Shown here piece after piece: positions 30,177 to 41,598 of a stretch of 64,000 nt of DNA; position 1 is the stretch's first letter, and every line of letters begins with the position of its first letter. The notes below the pieces were generated by a model. That model searched no databases. It saw nothing but the letters and a program-made list of their open reading frames with translations, and was not told the DNA's origin. Position numbers and translations under genes: made by a program. Origin of the DNA: Spirochaetia bacterium (lineage in GTDB: Bacteria > Spirochaetota > Spirochaetia > SP-2023); assembly GCA_965225855.1 (NCBI GenBank), contig CBDDCK010000005.1:224001-288000 (forward strand), written 5' to 3'.

Positions 30177-30869
30177 TTAAGATAGAATTTTTCCATATTG
30201 AACAGTTTGTCCTAAATAGGTCTCTTCTGATAAATAGAATTCTACAAATTTTTGCTCAAAATCTGGAGCTACAGACTTTTGTGGTAAACATGTGGCTAAA
30301 ATATTTTCCTGCAAAATTTTAATTTTTCCAAATTTACGAATAAAATCATAGCCTGAATATTTTTCGATAATGGCTTCCCTGTGGAGCAATGGCAGCCAAG
30401 CAATATCAACCATACCAAGACCTTTGGTTCCAGAATCAAAAGAAGCACCGTTAAAAAATGTTGTTCCCGTCAATTTATTTTCCAACTTTGCCAATGCCAT
30501 TTTGAGTTTGCCCGCTCGTTCTTGTAAAATTTCTTCAGAACTACTTCACTGGGCACTGCATTGGACTAAATAATTTTTTGAAGCCATGTAAGACCATGCT
30601 CGCTGTTGCGCTTTGGCAACTGGATTTATAGTGAACAAAATTTCTGGGCTAACCTCTTCTATATATTCAGCAATGACATCGAATTCAAATATCGCTTCAT
30701 CGCTGTCGGCAATCAGCAGCGGAACTTGCCCATTCGGCGATAACTTTAGAAACCACTCGGGCTTCTGTTTTAAACTGATAAAATCAATATCGTATGCTTG
30801 TTGTTTGGCTTCAAGTAAAGCGGTAATTCGCTGCACAAATGGGCATATCGTAAAGCTTGCAAGTCGCAT
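30177..30869 (-). pseudogene. Glutathione S-transferase interrupted by one in-frame TGA
   Basis: CPFVQR and SPNGQVP N-domain. TGA at 30546-30548; the same frame continues to 30177. Confidence 0.8.
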
Positions 30870-30877
30870 GTCGTTTG

Positions 30878-31072
30878 TTAAACAGATTGAAGCAGCAGAC
30901 TTTTACCGCGATTCAAAGCCGCTTTGCAAGGTTTGCAAACTTTAACCATAGTTTCACCTGCAGTATGTTCATAGTGCACTTTTATACCTGTGCGTTTACA
31001 GGCTGGGCATTGTGCGCGACCAGCCATAGGCATTTCCTCACGTAGTGGTTTTCCACGATGGGCTTTAGACAT
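30878..31072 (-). CDS. Small basic Zn-knuckle protein, candidate spirochaete ribosomal protein (bL38-like)
   Basis: MSKAHRGK..CPAC..TGIK..CKPC; AGGAG RBS directly after the rpmE stop. Confidence 0.6.
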   Translation of the reverse strand: MSKAHRGKPLREEMPMAGRAQCPACKRTGIKVHYEHTAGETMVKVCKPCKAALNRGKSLLLQSV

Positions 31073-31081
31073 AGTAACTCC

Positions 31082-31285
31082 TTATTTGAGGCTGTATTTG
31101 CGATTAAAGCGTTCTACACGACCAGCCGTGTCTACCAAACGCTGGGCTCCAGTATAAAAAGGGTGGCAGTTTGAACATATTTCTATGGTAATATCGCCAA
31201 CCGTGGTTCCAACATCAATTACACTATTGCACGAGACGCAAGAAACTTTACTGGTTACATATTTGGGGTGTATATTTGGTTTCAT
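31082..31285 (-). CDS. rpmE: 50S ribosomal protein L31 (Zn-binding type)
   Basis: [19 protein letters not shown] and DTAGRVERF motifs. Confidence 0.95.
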   Translation of the reverse strand: MKPNIHPKYVTSKVSCVSCNSVIDVGTTVGDITIEICSNCHPFYTGAQRLVDTAGRVERFNRKYSLK

Positions 31286-31293
31286 AAACAATC

Positions 31294-32781
31294 CTACATT
31301 GTATTCATGGCTTTTAAGAATGCGCTATTATTCCGAGTTTTTTTTATTTTGTCAATTATCAGTTCCGTAGCTTCTATATCGTCCATTGGATTGAGAAAAT
31401 TACGCAGTATCCACATTTTCTTGAGCTCTTCATCTTTGAGTAACAGCTCTTCTTTACGAGTTCCAGAGCGTTTTATATTAATAGCTGGGAAATTGCGTCG
31501 TTCGGACAAGCGGCGATCCAGCACTAATTCCATGTTGCCAGTGCCTTTAAATTCTTCAAAAATCACCTCGTCCATACGCGAACCTGTTTCAATTAGGGCG
31601 GTGGCTAAAATAGTTAAGCTACCGCCATTTTCTATATTGCGGGCCGAACCAAAAAACCGTTTAGGTTTTTGTAATGCATTAGAATCCACTCCTCCCGAAA
31701 GAATTTTTCCAGACGTTGGTACCGATTGATTATAAGCTCTTGCTAATCGAGTAATGGAGTCCAATAAAATAATAACATCTTTACCACTTTCTACTAAGCA
31801 ACGGGATTTTTCTAAAACCATTTCTGCAACTTGAATATGGTGGGAAGCTTGCTCATCAAAAGTAGAAGCGATAACTTCTCCATTTACACTGCGCTGCATG
31901 TCCGTTACTTCTTCGGGCCGTTCCCCAATGAGCAATACAATCAAATGTATGTTTGGGTAGTTGTTCGTAATCGAATTGGCTACCTGCTGCATTACCGTAG
32001 TCTTACCAGAACGGGGAGGGGATAAAATAATCCCGCGTTGGCCTTTTCCAATTGGGCAGAAAAGGTTTATCACACGACTAGAAATTTGATTTTCTGCTTC
32101 GGTTTCTAAATCAATACGTTCATCGGGGTAAAGAGGAGTCAGATTTTCAAAAGGCACACGGGAGCGAATCTGGCTGGGTTCGCAGTGGTTGATGTGGATA
32201 ATGCGCATCATGGCAAAAAAATTTTCGCCTTCTTTAGGTGGGCGAATTTGGCCATAAATATTGTCACCAGTACGCAAGTTAAAACTTCGTATCTGTTGTG
32301 TAGGCAGGTAAATATCTTCATTTCCAGACAGGTAGGAATTTTCTGCTGAACGCAAAAAACCGTATCCGTCAGACATCAGTTCTAACGCACCTTCTGCGTG
32401 TATCACGCCATTTTCTTTGACGTGTGCTTGTAGCAATGCGTAAATTAAATCCCTTTTATGCAAACTGCTAACTTCTTCTTCCGTTTGTTCATTTTTACTC
32501 AATAACCTTTCGCGCAAAATTATAATGGAAGACATAGAGAGTTCGTTAATAGAAATAACGTGCTCGGGATTACCTTGCAGCTCTTCTTCTGAAAATTCTG
32601 GTATACCAAATTTGCCAGGAAAATTGCCCGAATTATTTTTATTATTTCGTCTTTGAGTATTTGAAAAACGTTTATTTTTACGCTGAGCATAGCTATTATG
32701 TGGCTTTTGATAATTTTTGCGGTGGGTCAATTTGATTTCTCCGTTCCGAGTGTTTTCCAGTTTTGTTGTAACATCGCTCAT
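31294..32781 (-). CDS. rho: Transcription termination factor Rho
   Basis: [27 protein letters not shown] and EEFKGTGN motifs. Confidence 0.97.
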   Translation of the reverse strand: MSDVTTKLENTRNGEIKLTHRKNYQKPHNSYAQRKNKRFSNTQRRNNKNNSGNFPGKFGIPEFSEEELQGNPEHVISINELSMSSIIILRERLLSKNEQTEEEVSSLHKRDLIYALLQAHVKENGVIHAEGALELMSDGYGFLRSAENSYLSGNEDIYLPTQQIRSFNLRTGDNIYGQIRPPKEGENFFAMMRIIHINHCEPSQIRSRVPFENLTPLYPDERIDLETEAENQISSRVINLFCPIGKGQRGIILSPPRSGKTTVMQQVANSITNNYPNIHLIVLLIGERPEEVTDMQRSVNGEVIASTFDEQASHHIQVAEMVLEKSRCLVESGKDVIILLDSITRLARAYNQSVPTSGKILSGGVDSNALQKPKRFFGSARNIENGGSLTILATALIETGSRMDEVIFEEFKGTGNMELVLDRRLSERRNFPAINIKRSGTRKEELLLKDEELKKMWILRNFLNPMDDIEATELIIDKIKKTRNNSAFLKAMNTM

Positions 32782-32992
32782 AGGAGCTCCTATAATAAAA
32801 TGGAAATAAGGTTAATTGTTGTGATAAAATAGCAAGAAGTATGATTATCAATACTTGTAAGACTAAAAGATAAATAAAGCTGATAAAAAGGAGGGAGAAA
32901 AATAAATATGCTATCATAACTCTATTTTTTTCATTGTCAATAAAATTTAGCAGACAGCTAGAAACTGTTGTATAAGATTGTTTATTATATTC

Positions 32993-34777
32993 TTATAGTA
33001 TATTAGGCAAATCTAATTCCTGTCTCAAGACACTTTGTTTATTTCCTTCGTTAAAACTGTTGCTATAGGTATAAGAAATATGGGCAATTACAAAATTTTC
33101 CTCACTATCTATCAGCCATTGAATAATTTTAAGATGATCGCCTTCACTAAAGCCCATGAAACTAGCTTGCGAATACGGCAAGATGTTGGTAACTGTATAA
33201 TAATTGCGCTTATCTACTTCTACTGTTAGCTGTGCTCCAAATAGGGCGTAAAAAAGCTGAGCAGTGCTTTCTTGTTCCAAATTTTTGTACATAGGTTTAT
33301 CGGGGCGTTTTTCCAGTTCAAGAAATATTTTTTGGGTTTTGTTACTGTTTGGGTCTTGCACCGTGAGCTGTACTATGGCACTGATAGGCCCGTTGGAAAT
33401 TTGGTGTTGCAGGGGTTTTATTTTTGTATAGCTGCTGTTGCGATATGATATGATGCGCATTCCTGGCTTTAGCGGAGATGAAGCTGCAGGACTATTGGGA
33501 AAGATATAACGTATTTCCAGATAATCTTTATTATTGCTGTATTCGTCAATCAATAAGCCCAGCCAACTATTTGAGACCTTTTCACCTTGATAGAGCCGCG
33601 GAATCACAGAACTTAGCGTTGAGCTGGGGATAGCAAACGCAATACCTTCAAAATCTCTTTTTCCAAAAATGATACCTTCTATAATTCCTTGGTTGTTGAG
33701 CAAAGGGCCACCGCTATTTCCTAAATTGACGGGCACATCAATTTGTAAAACTTCGGTTAAAGGTAGCAATTCTCGCCCTCTGGCTGAAACTCTACCGCTG
33801 GTCAATGTATTTTCTAACCCCCCAGTGAAACCTCCAGGAGTTCCTATAGCATATAATTCATTGCCAATGAACAGAGTGGGACTGATATTTTGTCCATCGC
33901 TAACTTGCTGAATCAAATTAAATTTGCTGTTTATAGGCAGTAAATACGGTGTGGTTCTTGAAATACGCAACAGGGCTAAGTCGCGATTAGGATCCCAGCC
34001 TACCAATCGTGCGGGGATTAGCTCATCGCGGGCGGATAATTTTACAAAAATACTACCAGATTTGTGATTATCTGTCTGACTGCTGATCACATGGTGGTTG
34101 GTTATAATACTACCGTTGTTGTCGATAAAAAAACCACTACCGGTTGCAATGGAAGGCAGGTATAGTGGCGTATTGGGAATGCGTTCACTGCCAAGCTTAA
34201 CGATTACGGTAACAGTGCCTTTAACCCTTTGTTCCCAAAAATCTAGTTTAGTTTGGGGATTGTTTTCAAACTGTTTTTGGATAAGTTTTTGAAATTTTTT
34301 TCTTACATTATTTTCAAGTTGAATACCACTTTGCAAACTAGTTTGGGCAAAATCTAAAGCTGCGCCAAAATATTCTTTTCTAAGGTAATAATGGAAAAGT
34401 TTTTCGGCAAACTCACTTTTAGAAATATAATTATCCGCAACACTCAAACTTTGCAGACTATAGTAATAGGGAAGTGCAGCGAATATATTTTCGTTATTTA
34501 TTGTTTCTAAGAAAAAATCGCCAAATCCTTCTTTGATAATGGTCATGTATTTTTGCTTTGTTGTTTGCTCTAAATTCTTTAATTGGGTCAAAGTACTTGC
34601 AGCTTTGGCAAAGTCTTTATTGCTAATGGCATAATCTACGTCTTTAAGGCTTAAATTTTGTCTAAATTGGTGGTTAGGTTTACTACCAACATTAAAGGGT
34701 ATGAATACAGCTTGTTCTTTACCTATAACGACACAAGAATTTAAAATAAGAATAATGGCGATAAAACGATAGATCAT
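32993..34777 (-). CDS. HtrA-like trypsin serine protease with PDZ domain(s), probable lipoprotein
   Basis: TNHHV, RDLAL and GNSGGP triad; PDZ motif SPAA; LILNSC. Confidence 0.85.
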   Translation of the reverse strand: MIYRFIAIILILNSCVVIGKEQAVFIPFNVGSKPNHQFRQNLSLKDVDYAISNKDFAKAASTLTQLKNLEQTTKQKYMTIIKEGFGDFFLETINNENIFAALPYYYSLQSLSVADNYISKSEFAEKLFHYYLRKEYFGAALDFAQTSLQSGIQLENNVRKKFQKLIQKQFENNPQTKLDFWEQRVKGTVTVIVKLGSERIPNTPLYLPSIATGSGFFIDNNGSIITNHHVISSQTDNHKSGSIFVKLSARDELIPARLVGWDPNRDLALLRISRTTPYLLPINSKFNLIQQVSDGQNISPTLFIGNELYAIGTPGGFTGGLENTLTSGRVSARGRELLPLTEVLQIDVPVNLGNSGGPLLNNQGIIEGIIFGKRDFEGIAFAIPSSTLSSVIPRLYQGEKVSNSWLGLLIDEYSNNKDYLEIRYIFPNSPAASSPLKPGMRIISYRNSSYTKIKPLQHQISNGPISAIVQLTVQDPNSNKTQKIFLELEKRPDKPMYKNLEQESTAQLFYALFGAQLTVEVDKRNYYTVTNILPYSQASFMGFSEGDHLKIIQWLIDSEENFVIAHISYTYSNSFNEGNKQSVLRQELDLPNIL

Positions 34778-34794
34778 TTGGCTGGAATTTACCG

Positions 34795-36672
34795 TTATTT
34801 TCCCAAGTATTCTGGGGTAAATATACTTAGACTTTCATTACTCCATTTGAAGTAATAAGAATAAATATAGTCGATTTTATTGGTCTCATACTTATAGGAG
34901 CTATGGGGTAGTTCTACACCGCCTAAAGTATGCCAAATTTTATTGGATACATCACCTAATATTTCACTAAAATCTGGGTGTCCATCATTATCAATGTCTA
35001 CTTGATATTTTTGCGGTATTCCATTTTGGTAACTGATGACCAGCTCAAAGTTTCCATCTTGATTTTCATCGCGAATTGTTCTATTTCGTTGGTTGTTTTC
35101 AAAGTGGCTAATCTCATCAAAGGTTCCGTCCAAGTCGCGATCAATTTGAATTTGTTTTAATTCACCTAAGTGATTGATATCGTATTGAGCGCGGAGAGTC
35201 CAATCACTTTGGCGGTATTGCGTTTCATACAGTCTGGTATTTCGGCTATTTCGCATTATATTACTTTCTGAAAGATTAGCAGTTTGCAAGGGGCTAATGG
35301 CCCAGTCAAAGGTATTTAGCGGTACTTTGTTACTAATTGAGTAAGATAGCTGACCAGGCGAAAAATTATACACCCGGCGACTATCATAATCTGTAATCGT
35401 AATAGCATGGATAAATGGATAGCGGCTGTAGATCAGCTCAATGGTACGGCTGTTTCCATTGTGATTATAAAAACTATGGTAACTAGCTGGTTCGCCGTGG
35501 ATATTCCAGCGGACTGTAATGTCATTTTCGTTTGGCTTACTGGGGAATAAATGGCGTTCTGTTAAATCACCGTTAATAAAGGTGAGCTCTTCTTCTGGAA
35601 TACCATCATAGTTTTTATCCATTATATATACGCCATTTAGCTCGCGCAGGGAGTCTTCAATTGAACGGACTCCAGAAACATTGTGGATAACTTGACTTAA
35701 TATTAAAAAATCAGATGTGGGATAGTTGTTAAAAAATATATCACTTCTGGAAATAAGATTATCTTGCCGCAATAAAATATGTTGGGCTGTAGTAAAGTAA
35801 TCATCTCCAAATAAACCGGTATATACTGATAGTAAATCTTCTGTGTAAGCACTATCCGTACTTTGGCTGATCAAATAACGCAGCAAGTCTGGGGATTTAG
35901 GCGGATAGCTCTCAAGATAAAAATGGAAATTGACCCACATTTCTTTGCTGATGTTCGGAGTATCCAGCAGAATACGAAAATATCTCTCTTCATAATTATA
36001 TTTTTCTAAATTACTCAGAGCTAACTCTATAGCCTGCTTTTTATTTCCAGAATTATTGTAAGCTAGAGCTAAATAAAACTGAATATCTTTATCTTGAGTA
36101 ATTTCAAGTTGCCATTTTCGTGTCAAAGCAATAATTTCGTCATACATATCCCATTTGTAAAGAATGCGAACTAATTCTTTGGCAGCTTTTACAGGTGGAG
36201 TTTCAAACCACTGGTCAATGGCAAAGGCTTTGTTTAGCCAATCAAAGCGACTTTTTTGCCATCTTTCTTCGTGTGCTATGGACAGAAGATACCAATAGTC
36301 AGAAAGTTCTTTTCCACGATATTCAGTTGAAAGCTTTAGCAATTTTTGCATTTCGATAGTTCTATTCTCAAGCGATAGTAGATAGGCTTCTTTTAGATAA
36401 TTGCGGGCAAATTCATAGTCGATATACTGCAATCTTTTTGCTTTACTCTGGAAGTAATCAACTCTCTTTTTTACAGGATTATTATTTATGTCGATAGAAG
36501 CAGAACGGGCCCCTACTATTTCTTGACTGTAAATAAAAATATTGTTTACGAAAAAAAAGAGCAGGCAAAATATCCAATGCCAAAATAAGTTATACCTAAA
36601 ACCAAACCTATAATATCCATAAGACTGGATTTGCTTTTTTACTAAATTCGTTAAGCTGGTTGACAAATACAT
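34795..36672 (-). CDS. Hypothetical exported protein with TPR-like N-half and DxDxDG motifs
   Basis: 625-aa ORF in the ftsH operon; DKNYDG, DRDLDG, DENQDG and DIDNDG motifs. Confidence 0.6.
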   Translation of the reverse strand: MYLSTSLTNLVKKQIQSYGYYRFGFRYNLFWHWIFCLLFFFVNNIFIYSQEIVGARSASIDINNNPVKKRVDYFQSKAKRLQYIDYEFARNYLKEAYLLSLENRTIEMQKLLKLSTEYRGKELSDYWYLLSIAHEERWQKSRFDWLNKAFAIDQWFETPPVKAAKELVRILYKWDMYDEIIALTRKWQLEITQDKDIQFYLALAYNNSGNKKQAIELALSNLEKYNYEERYFRILLDTPNISKEMWVNFHFYLESYPPKSPDLLRYLISQSTDSAYTEDLLSVYTGLFGDDYFTTAQHILLRQDNLISRSDIFFNNYPTSDFLILSQVIHNVSGVRSIEDSLRELNGVYIMDKNYDGIPEEELTFINGDLTERHLFPSKPNENDITVRWNIHGEPASYHSFYNHNGNSRTIELIYSRYPFIHAITITDYDSRRVYNFSPGQLSYSISNKVPLNTFDWAISPLQTANLSESNIMRNSRNTRLYETQYRQSDWTLRAQYDINHLGELKQIQIDRDLDGTFDEISHFENNQRNRTIRDENQDGNFELVISYQNGIPQKYQVDIDNDGHPDFSEILGDVSNKIWHTLGGVELPHSSYKYETNKIDYIYSYYFKWSNESLSIFTPEYLGK

Positions 36673-36695
36673 AATAAAGATATATAGAGAAAAGA

Positions 36696-38663
36696 TTAAT
36701 CTTCACTGCGAATTTCTGCAGTAGCCACTTGGAAACTTGGAGCAGAATTTGGAATATCCTGAAGTTGTCCTTTTTTAGGAATCTCGTCCCCCTGTAAATC
36801 TTGATTTTTGGGCTGCATATTCAAAAGAGTTTCAATCTCTTCTTTGTACATAGTTTCTTTTTCTAATAAACTTTCTGAAAGTAAAACTAAATCTTCTTTT
36901 TTATCTTGGAGTAATTGTCTTGCACCTCCTAAACAATCATCAAGAATTTCTCGCACGGCACGATCAATACAAGTTGAGGTCGTTTCCGAAAATTCTTTTG
37001 CTCGAGACATTTCTCTTCCAATGAAAATTGGTTGTTCATCGGCATAAGAAACGGCACCAAGGCTGCTCATCCCCCATTCAGTTACCATTCTGTGTGCTAA
37101 GTCTGTGGCTTGTTTTAAATCATTGGAAGTACCGATCGTTGTCTCACCAAATATTAATTCTTCAGCTGCATAACCACCAAAAGCTACCCGAATGCGAGCT
37201 TTAAGTGTGGAAAAAGTTGGCGCATAAGACTCTTCACTTTGGGTAAACATTGTTACACCAAGAGCCTGCCCGCGTGGAATAATCGTTACTTTTTCAAAAT
37301 TATGGCCTTGACTAAACAGGCTCACCAAAGTGTGACCAGCTTCATGGTAAGCTGTCAATTTTTTTTCTTTTTCTGTCATAAACATTGTATGGCGGGCTAA
37401 GCCCATTAAAACTTTATCACGGGCTTCTTCAAAGTCTACTAGGCGTACTAATTTTTTGCCATTTCGAGCTGCGAATAAAGCTGCTTCGTTGACGATATTA
37501 GCTAAGTCTGCACCAGAACAACCCGGAGTGCGCCGAGCTAGTGCTGGAAAATCAATGTCATTTTCCATTTTGATTTTGGCACTGTGGATTTGTAGAATTT
37601 TTTCTCGTTCTTTTAAATCGGGCAAAGCTACGTTGATTTGACGGTCAAACCTACCTGGACGCAGCAAAGCAGGATCCAAAACATCAACTCGGTTGGTAGC
37701 AGCCATAACTATCACCCCTTGTTCTGTTCCAAAGCCGTCCATTTCGACCAACATTTGATTGAGAGTTTGTTCTCGTTCATCGTGGCCACCGCCCATGCCT
37801 GAACCACGAGTGCGCCCCACAGCATCTATCTCGTCTATAAAAATAATACAAGGAGCGTTTTTGCGGCCTTGTTCGAATAAATCACGGACACGGCTAGCTC
37901 CGACACCGACAAACATTTCTACAAAGTCTGAGCCAGACATATGAAAAAATGAAACCCCAGCTTCACCGGCAACAGCTCTGGCTAATAAAGTTTTTCCAGT
38001 TCCGGGATTACCTACAAGCAATACCCCTCTAGGAATACGTGCACCGATTTCTTGAAAACGTCCTGGATCTTTTAAAAATGATACCACTTCTTGTAATTCG
38101 TATTTCGCTTCTTCTTGGCCTGCAACATCTTTAAAAGTTATGCTTTTGTCTGCATCGTGTTCGTATTTGCGAGCGCGGTTTTTTCCAAAGCTAAAAGCTT
38201 TGTTACTGCCGTTCATCGTGCGAAACATCGAAAACATAAGCAGGATTAAAATAATCCAGGGAATGGACTGGAAAATCATTTGACCAAAACGCAATTTACT
38301 TTCTACACCGGTAAATCTAATTCCAGCTTTTAATAGACGGTCAATAAGGTTGAGGTCTGTATAGGGAATTTTTGTAATTACAGTTTGTCGCAGGCCATTT
38401 ATGATACCGACACCACGAAGGCTAGTTCCATCAATAATTTCAATATCGCTAATAGAGCCAGACTCTACTTGACGCATAAAATCACTATAGTCTAGCTTTT
38501 CGAGAAATGAGTTATTATTTATCAATGAAAATAATAACAATACCAGTAAGATGATTCCCACCAAGATAAAAATGCCAAAGCGATTTTCATTAAATGGATT
38601 CTTTTTATTATTGGGTGAGGGGGTTTCTGACATAGACATACCTAATAAAGAAAATTTCTGCAA
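36696..38663 (-). CDS. ftsH: ATP-dependent zinc metalloprotease FtsH
   Basis: Two TM helices, [15 protein letters not shown] and HEAGH. The start may be the ATG at 38633. Confidence 0.96.
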   Translation of the reverse strand: MQKFSLLGMSMSETPSPNNKKNPFNENRFGIFILVGIILLVLLLFSLINNNSFLEKLDYSDFMRQVESGSISDIEIIDGTSLRGVGIINGLRQTVITKIPYTDLNLIDRLLKAGIRFTGVESKLRFGQMIFQSIPWIILILLMFSMFRTMNGSNKAFSFGKNRARKYEHDADKSITFKDVAGQEEAKYELQEVVSFLKDPGRFQEIGARIPRGVLLVGNPGTGKTLLARAVAGEAGVSFFHMSGSDFVEMFVGVGASRVRDLFEQGRKNAPCIIFIDEIDAVGRTRGSGMGGGHDEREQTLNQMLVEMDGFGTEQGVIVMAATNRVDVLDPALLRPGRFDRQINVALPDLKEREKILQIHSAKIKMENDIDFPALARRTPGCSGADLANIVNEAALFAARNGKKLVRLVDFEEARDKVLMGLARHTMFMTEKEKKLTAYHEAGHTLVSLFSQGHNFEKVTIIPRGQALGVTMFTQSEESYAPTFSTLKARIRVAFGGYAAEELIFGETTIGTSNDLKQATDLAHRMVTEWGMSSLGAVSYADEQPIFIGREMSRAKEFSETTSTCIDRAVREILDDCLGGARQLLQDKKEDLVLLSESLLEKETMYKEEIETLLNMQPKNQDLQGDEIPKKGQLQDIPNSAPSFQVATAEIRSED

Positions 38664-39010
38664 GAATAATTAAAATGCGGTAAAAAGACAAGGTCTTTCT
38701 CTTATAGTCTTAGACTTTTTAAGCACTTTACAACTAATACGATTCTTTACATCATAAATCGTCATATCTAAAAATTGGAAGTAAAATTTTGGCAAACTCT
38801 CTATTATTTGTTTAGGACGAAAGTGGCTTGTAAAAACAGCTATCTATAACATACTATAATATAAATTTTATCTTTTTAAAAGAATATATCGAATCACATA
38901 AGAATTAAAATATTTACTAAATAGAGCTTATTTTTACGGTTGTTCTGTTATAGCCAAAATTTTGCATTGTCCTATACTCACTTTTAAACCCTTGGCAGGG
39001 TGATTGAATT

Positions 39011-40015
39011 ATGGAAAAAGAAAATAAAAGTAAAGCTAAAAGTAATAATTTTGTTGTCAGTCTAAGTTGGATTTTTTGGTTAGGGATTATAAGCTTTATC
39101 GCTTATCGCAGTTTTTTACCGTTGCCATCTGATCGGAGTAAATTATATTTAGTCCATACAAAATGGAGTGGTTATCAAAACCAAATTTTGCAGCCTGGGC
39201 GCTATTATATTAGTTGGCAAAACCTTTTACCTGGCAATGTTGAATTGCTGGTAATTCCTCATGATATTAAAGAACTGTACTTGCGTAAAGATTTCCGTTT
39301 GCCTTCGGCGCAAAATTACCAAGTTTTATTATCTGATTTGTCTGCTTATTCTGGAGTGGAATCTTTGCAAAATCCGTTTGAATATCGTATTAGTGTACAA
39401 ATTCGCTACCGCTATCGTGCTGAAGAATTATTGGCATTTGTGCAAAATCCGGCTAATGCGTTAGTAACTACTGGTGCGGCGAATACGACAAAAGATGACC
39501 ACAAATCTCAAGCAAGCAAAGATATATTAGCGCTAGAACAACAAACCAAAAACATTATAACAGCCATAACTGTGCGCTTAGGAAACAAACTGCGCCAGCG
39601 TTTAAGCCAAGAATTTCAAGGTATATTTGCCAAGGGATACAGCAAAAATACAGAGAATCCAATAGCTATCGAAACATACTTAAAGAGTATTTTGAAAGGC
39701 GCGTTCCCAGAATTGGAGCTATTGACTATAGATGTGCAAGAATATCATCAGCCCGACCTTGAATTATATGTAACGGTGAAAGGTGCTTATAAAGAATTAC
39801 TTCAGCAGCTTTCCAGCCAATCCCTTGAGCGTTTATTGGAGCAGCAAAATAAGCGGATTGATCAAGAATTGTACTTACAAAATATTGAACGCTTGGGCAA
39901 AATCCTAAGTGAATACCCTTTGTTGATACAGTATTTTGCGATAACATCGAGCGATTCAGTGCTAAAAAGCGATATAATACAACAAGCTATAGCCCCAATT
40001 GGGCAACTAAAGTAG
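39011..40015 (+). CDS. Hypothetical membrane-anchored protein (possibly SPFH-like)
   Basis: 334-aa ORF with N-terminal TM helix and C-terminal coiled coil. Confidence 0.55.
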   Translation: MEKENKSKAKSNNFVVSLSWIFWLGIISFIAYRSFLPLPSDRSKLYLVHTKWSGYQNQILQPGRYYISWQNLLPGNVELLVIPHDIKELYLRKDFRLPSAQNYQVLLSDLSAYSGVESLQNPFEYRISVQIRYRYRAEELLAFVQNPANALVTTGAANTTKDDHKSQASKDILALEQQTKNIITAITVRLGNKLRQRLSQEFQGIFAKGYSKNTENPIAIETYLKSILKGAFPELELLTIDVQEYHQPDLELYVTVKGAYKELLQQLSSQSLERLLEQQNKRIDQELYLQNIERLGKILSEYPLLIQYFAITSSDSVLKSDIIQQAIAPIGQLK

Positions 40016-40055
40016 CAGTCTTTCGAATGATAGAGCCACAACATAAGAATATTGA

Positions 40056-41588
40056 ATGCAGCAAAAAGACTTTCGCTTCCCCATACCCAAAAACCTATTT
40101 CGCATAATTCAGCGTTTGCAAAAAAGCAATTATCGGGTTGTGATTGTGGGTGGTGCCCTGCGAGACTTTCGGCTTGGCAACAAGGTAAGCGAGTACGATC
40201 TAGCCAGCAATGCACGACCCGAAGATATACAAAAACTGTTTCGCCGCTCTTTACCCACGGGTTTACAGCACGGCACTGTAACGGTTATGCAGGGAAACTC
40301 GTCTTATGAAATTACCACATTCCGCCACGATGGCATCTATAAAAATGGACGATGCCCCGAAAATGTTACTTTTACTGGTGACTTACTCGGCGATTTAGCT
40401 CGGCGGGACTTTAGCATCAATGCCCTGGCCTTTGAGCCTAATGACCTTTGTTCCCTGCAATGTGAAGGTGCAAACCGTGCTGTGTCTGGCATTTTGTTTG
40501 ACCTTCACAATGGCCTACACGACTTAAAGCAAGGTCAAATTCGTGCAATCGGGATGGCTACCACACGCTTTAAGGAGGATGCTTTGCGTATGTTGCGGGC
40601 TTGTCGTTTCAGTGCTAAGCTAGGTTTTCAAATTGAACCAAAGACGCTAGACGCAATTCAAAGGTTAGCCTCTAACTTACAACAAGTTTCTCAACCACGG
40701 ATAGAAGATGAGCTTCGCCAGCTTTTATGTGCCCCGTTTGCACCACAAGGGCTGGCATATTTGCTGGAATTGGGCCTATCTCCCCAGTTAGTACCGCAGC
40801 TTTCTGCACATAGTTTGGCTTTATTCTCTACGGTTTGGCAGGTCTGGGTCGATGATTACCACACCGCAGAAAGCTGGCCTAGCCAGTTAAACCAAATGGC
40901 CGCAAAATTGGGTATCAGCGACAATCCCCTGCTTTGTTGGCACAGAGAAAAATTCCCCTTGTTTAGTTTCGTCTGGGCTTTCTTGTGCCTTGCCAACCAT
41001 ACAAAGCACGATAATTCCTCTTTATCGCCGAATCCTACCTTATTAATACAGGACATAGAAAGACTATTCCAAGGACAGCGTCCCCAATTGTCTACTACTA
41101 AGCATGCAACTCTCGTTGACAATGGCGGGCTAGAGCGCATGCTTTACTCCAATAAAGAGAAGAAAGCAATCATGCGATTCTTGCAGTTTGGGCCCGTATT
41201 GTGGGGGCCTTCGTTCCTAAACATGCTGTATTCCCAAGCCCATACCTACCCTATCCAAGCCTACATTCGGGGGTTGTTACACTTACTCTCTAGGGATTTT
41301 GTCGCGCCTGCTTTGCGCCTTTTGGGCTTTAGTTGCCAAGTTAGCCAAGCACCTCCGCAACTGTGGCAGCGTTTTTGTAGCGACATTCTCCATGTGATTC
41401 AGCAAGAACCAGCCCTTAGCATTCGGGAATTGGCGATTGATGGCAGGGCTTTAATGGCCGATTGTCGTATACAACCCGACAAAAACATGGGCAGACTGCT
41501 ACAAAAACTCCTTGGCCATGTGTTGCTATACCCCCAAGACAACCAAACCCAAGCGCTGAAACAGCTTGCCCAAACCATAGACAAATAA
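40056..41588 (+). CDS. cca: tRNA nucleotidyltransferase (CCA-adding)
   Basis: VGGALRD, EITTFR, RRDFSINAL and EDALRMLR motifs. Confidence 0.85.
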   Translation: MQQKDFRFPIPKNLFRIIQRLQKSNYRVVIVGGALRDFRLGNKVSEYDLASNARPEDIQKLFRRSLPTGLQHGTVTVMQGNSSYEITTFRHDGIYKNGRCPENVTFTGDLLGDLARRDFSINALAFEPNDLCSLQCEGANRAVSGILFDLHNGLHDLKQGQIRAIGMATTRFKEDALRMLRACRFSAKLGFQIEPKTLDAIQRLASNLQQVSQPRIEDELRQLLCAPFAPQGLAYLLELGLSPQLVPQLSAHSLALFSTVWQVWVDDYHTAESWPSQLNQMAAKLGISDNPLLCWHREKFPLFSFVWAFLCLANHTKHDNSSLSPNPTLLIQDIERLFQGQRPQLSTTKHATLVDNGGLERMLYSNKEKKAIMRFLQFGPVLWGPSFLNMLYSQAHTYPIQAYIRGLLHLLSRDFVAPALRLLGFSCQVSQAPPQLWQRFCSDILHVIQQEPALSIRELAIDGRALMADCRIQPDKNMGRLLQKLLGHVLLYPQDNQTQALKQLAQTIDK

Positions 41589-41598
41589 GAGGAATATC

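Noticed and set aside
30546..30548. Alternative genetic code (TGA as sense)
   Set aside because: Conserved genes have no internal TGA, use TGG for Trp, and some end in TGA.
31268..31729. 153-aa antisense ORF in rho (and similar ones in pnp, ftsH, pgk)
   Set aside because: Typical antisense shadows of conserved genes.
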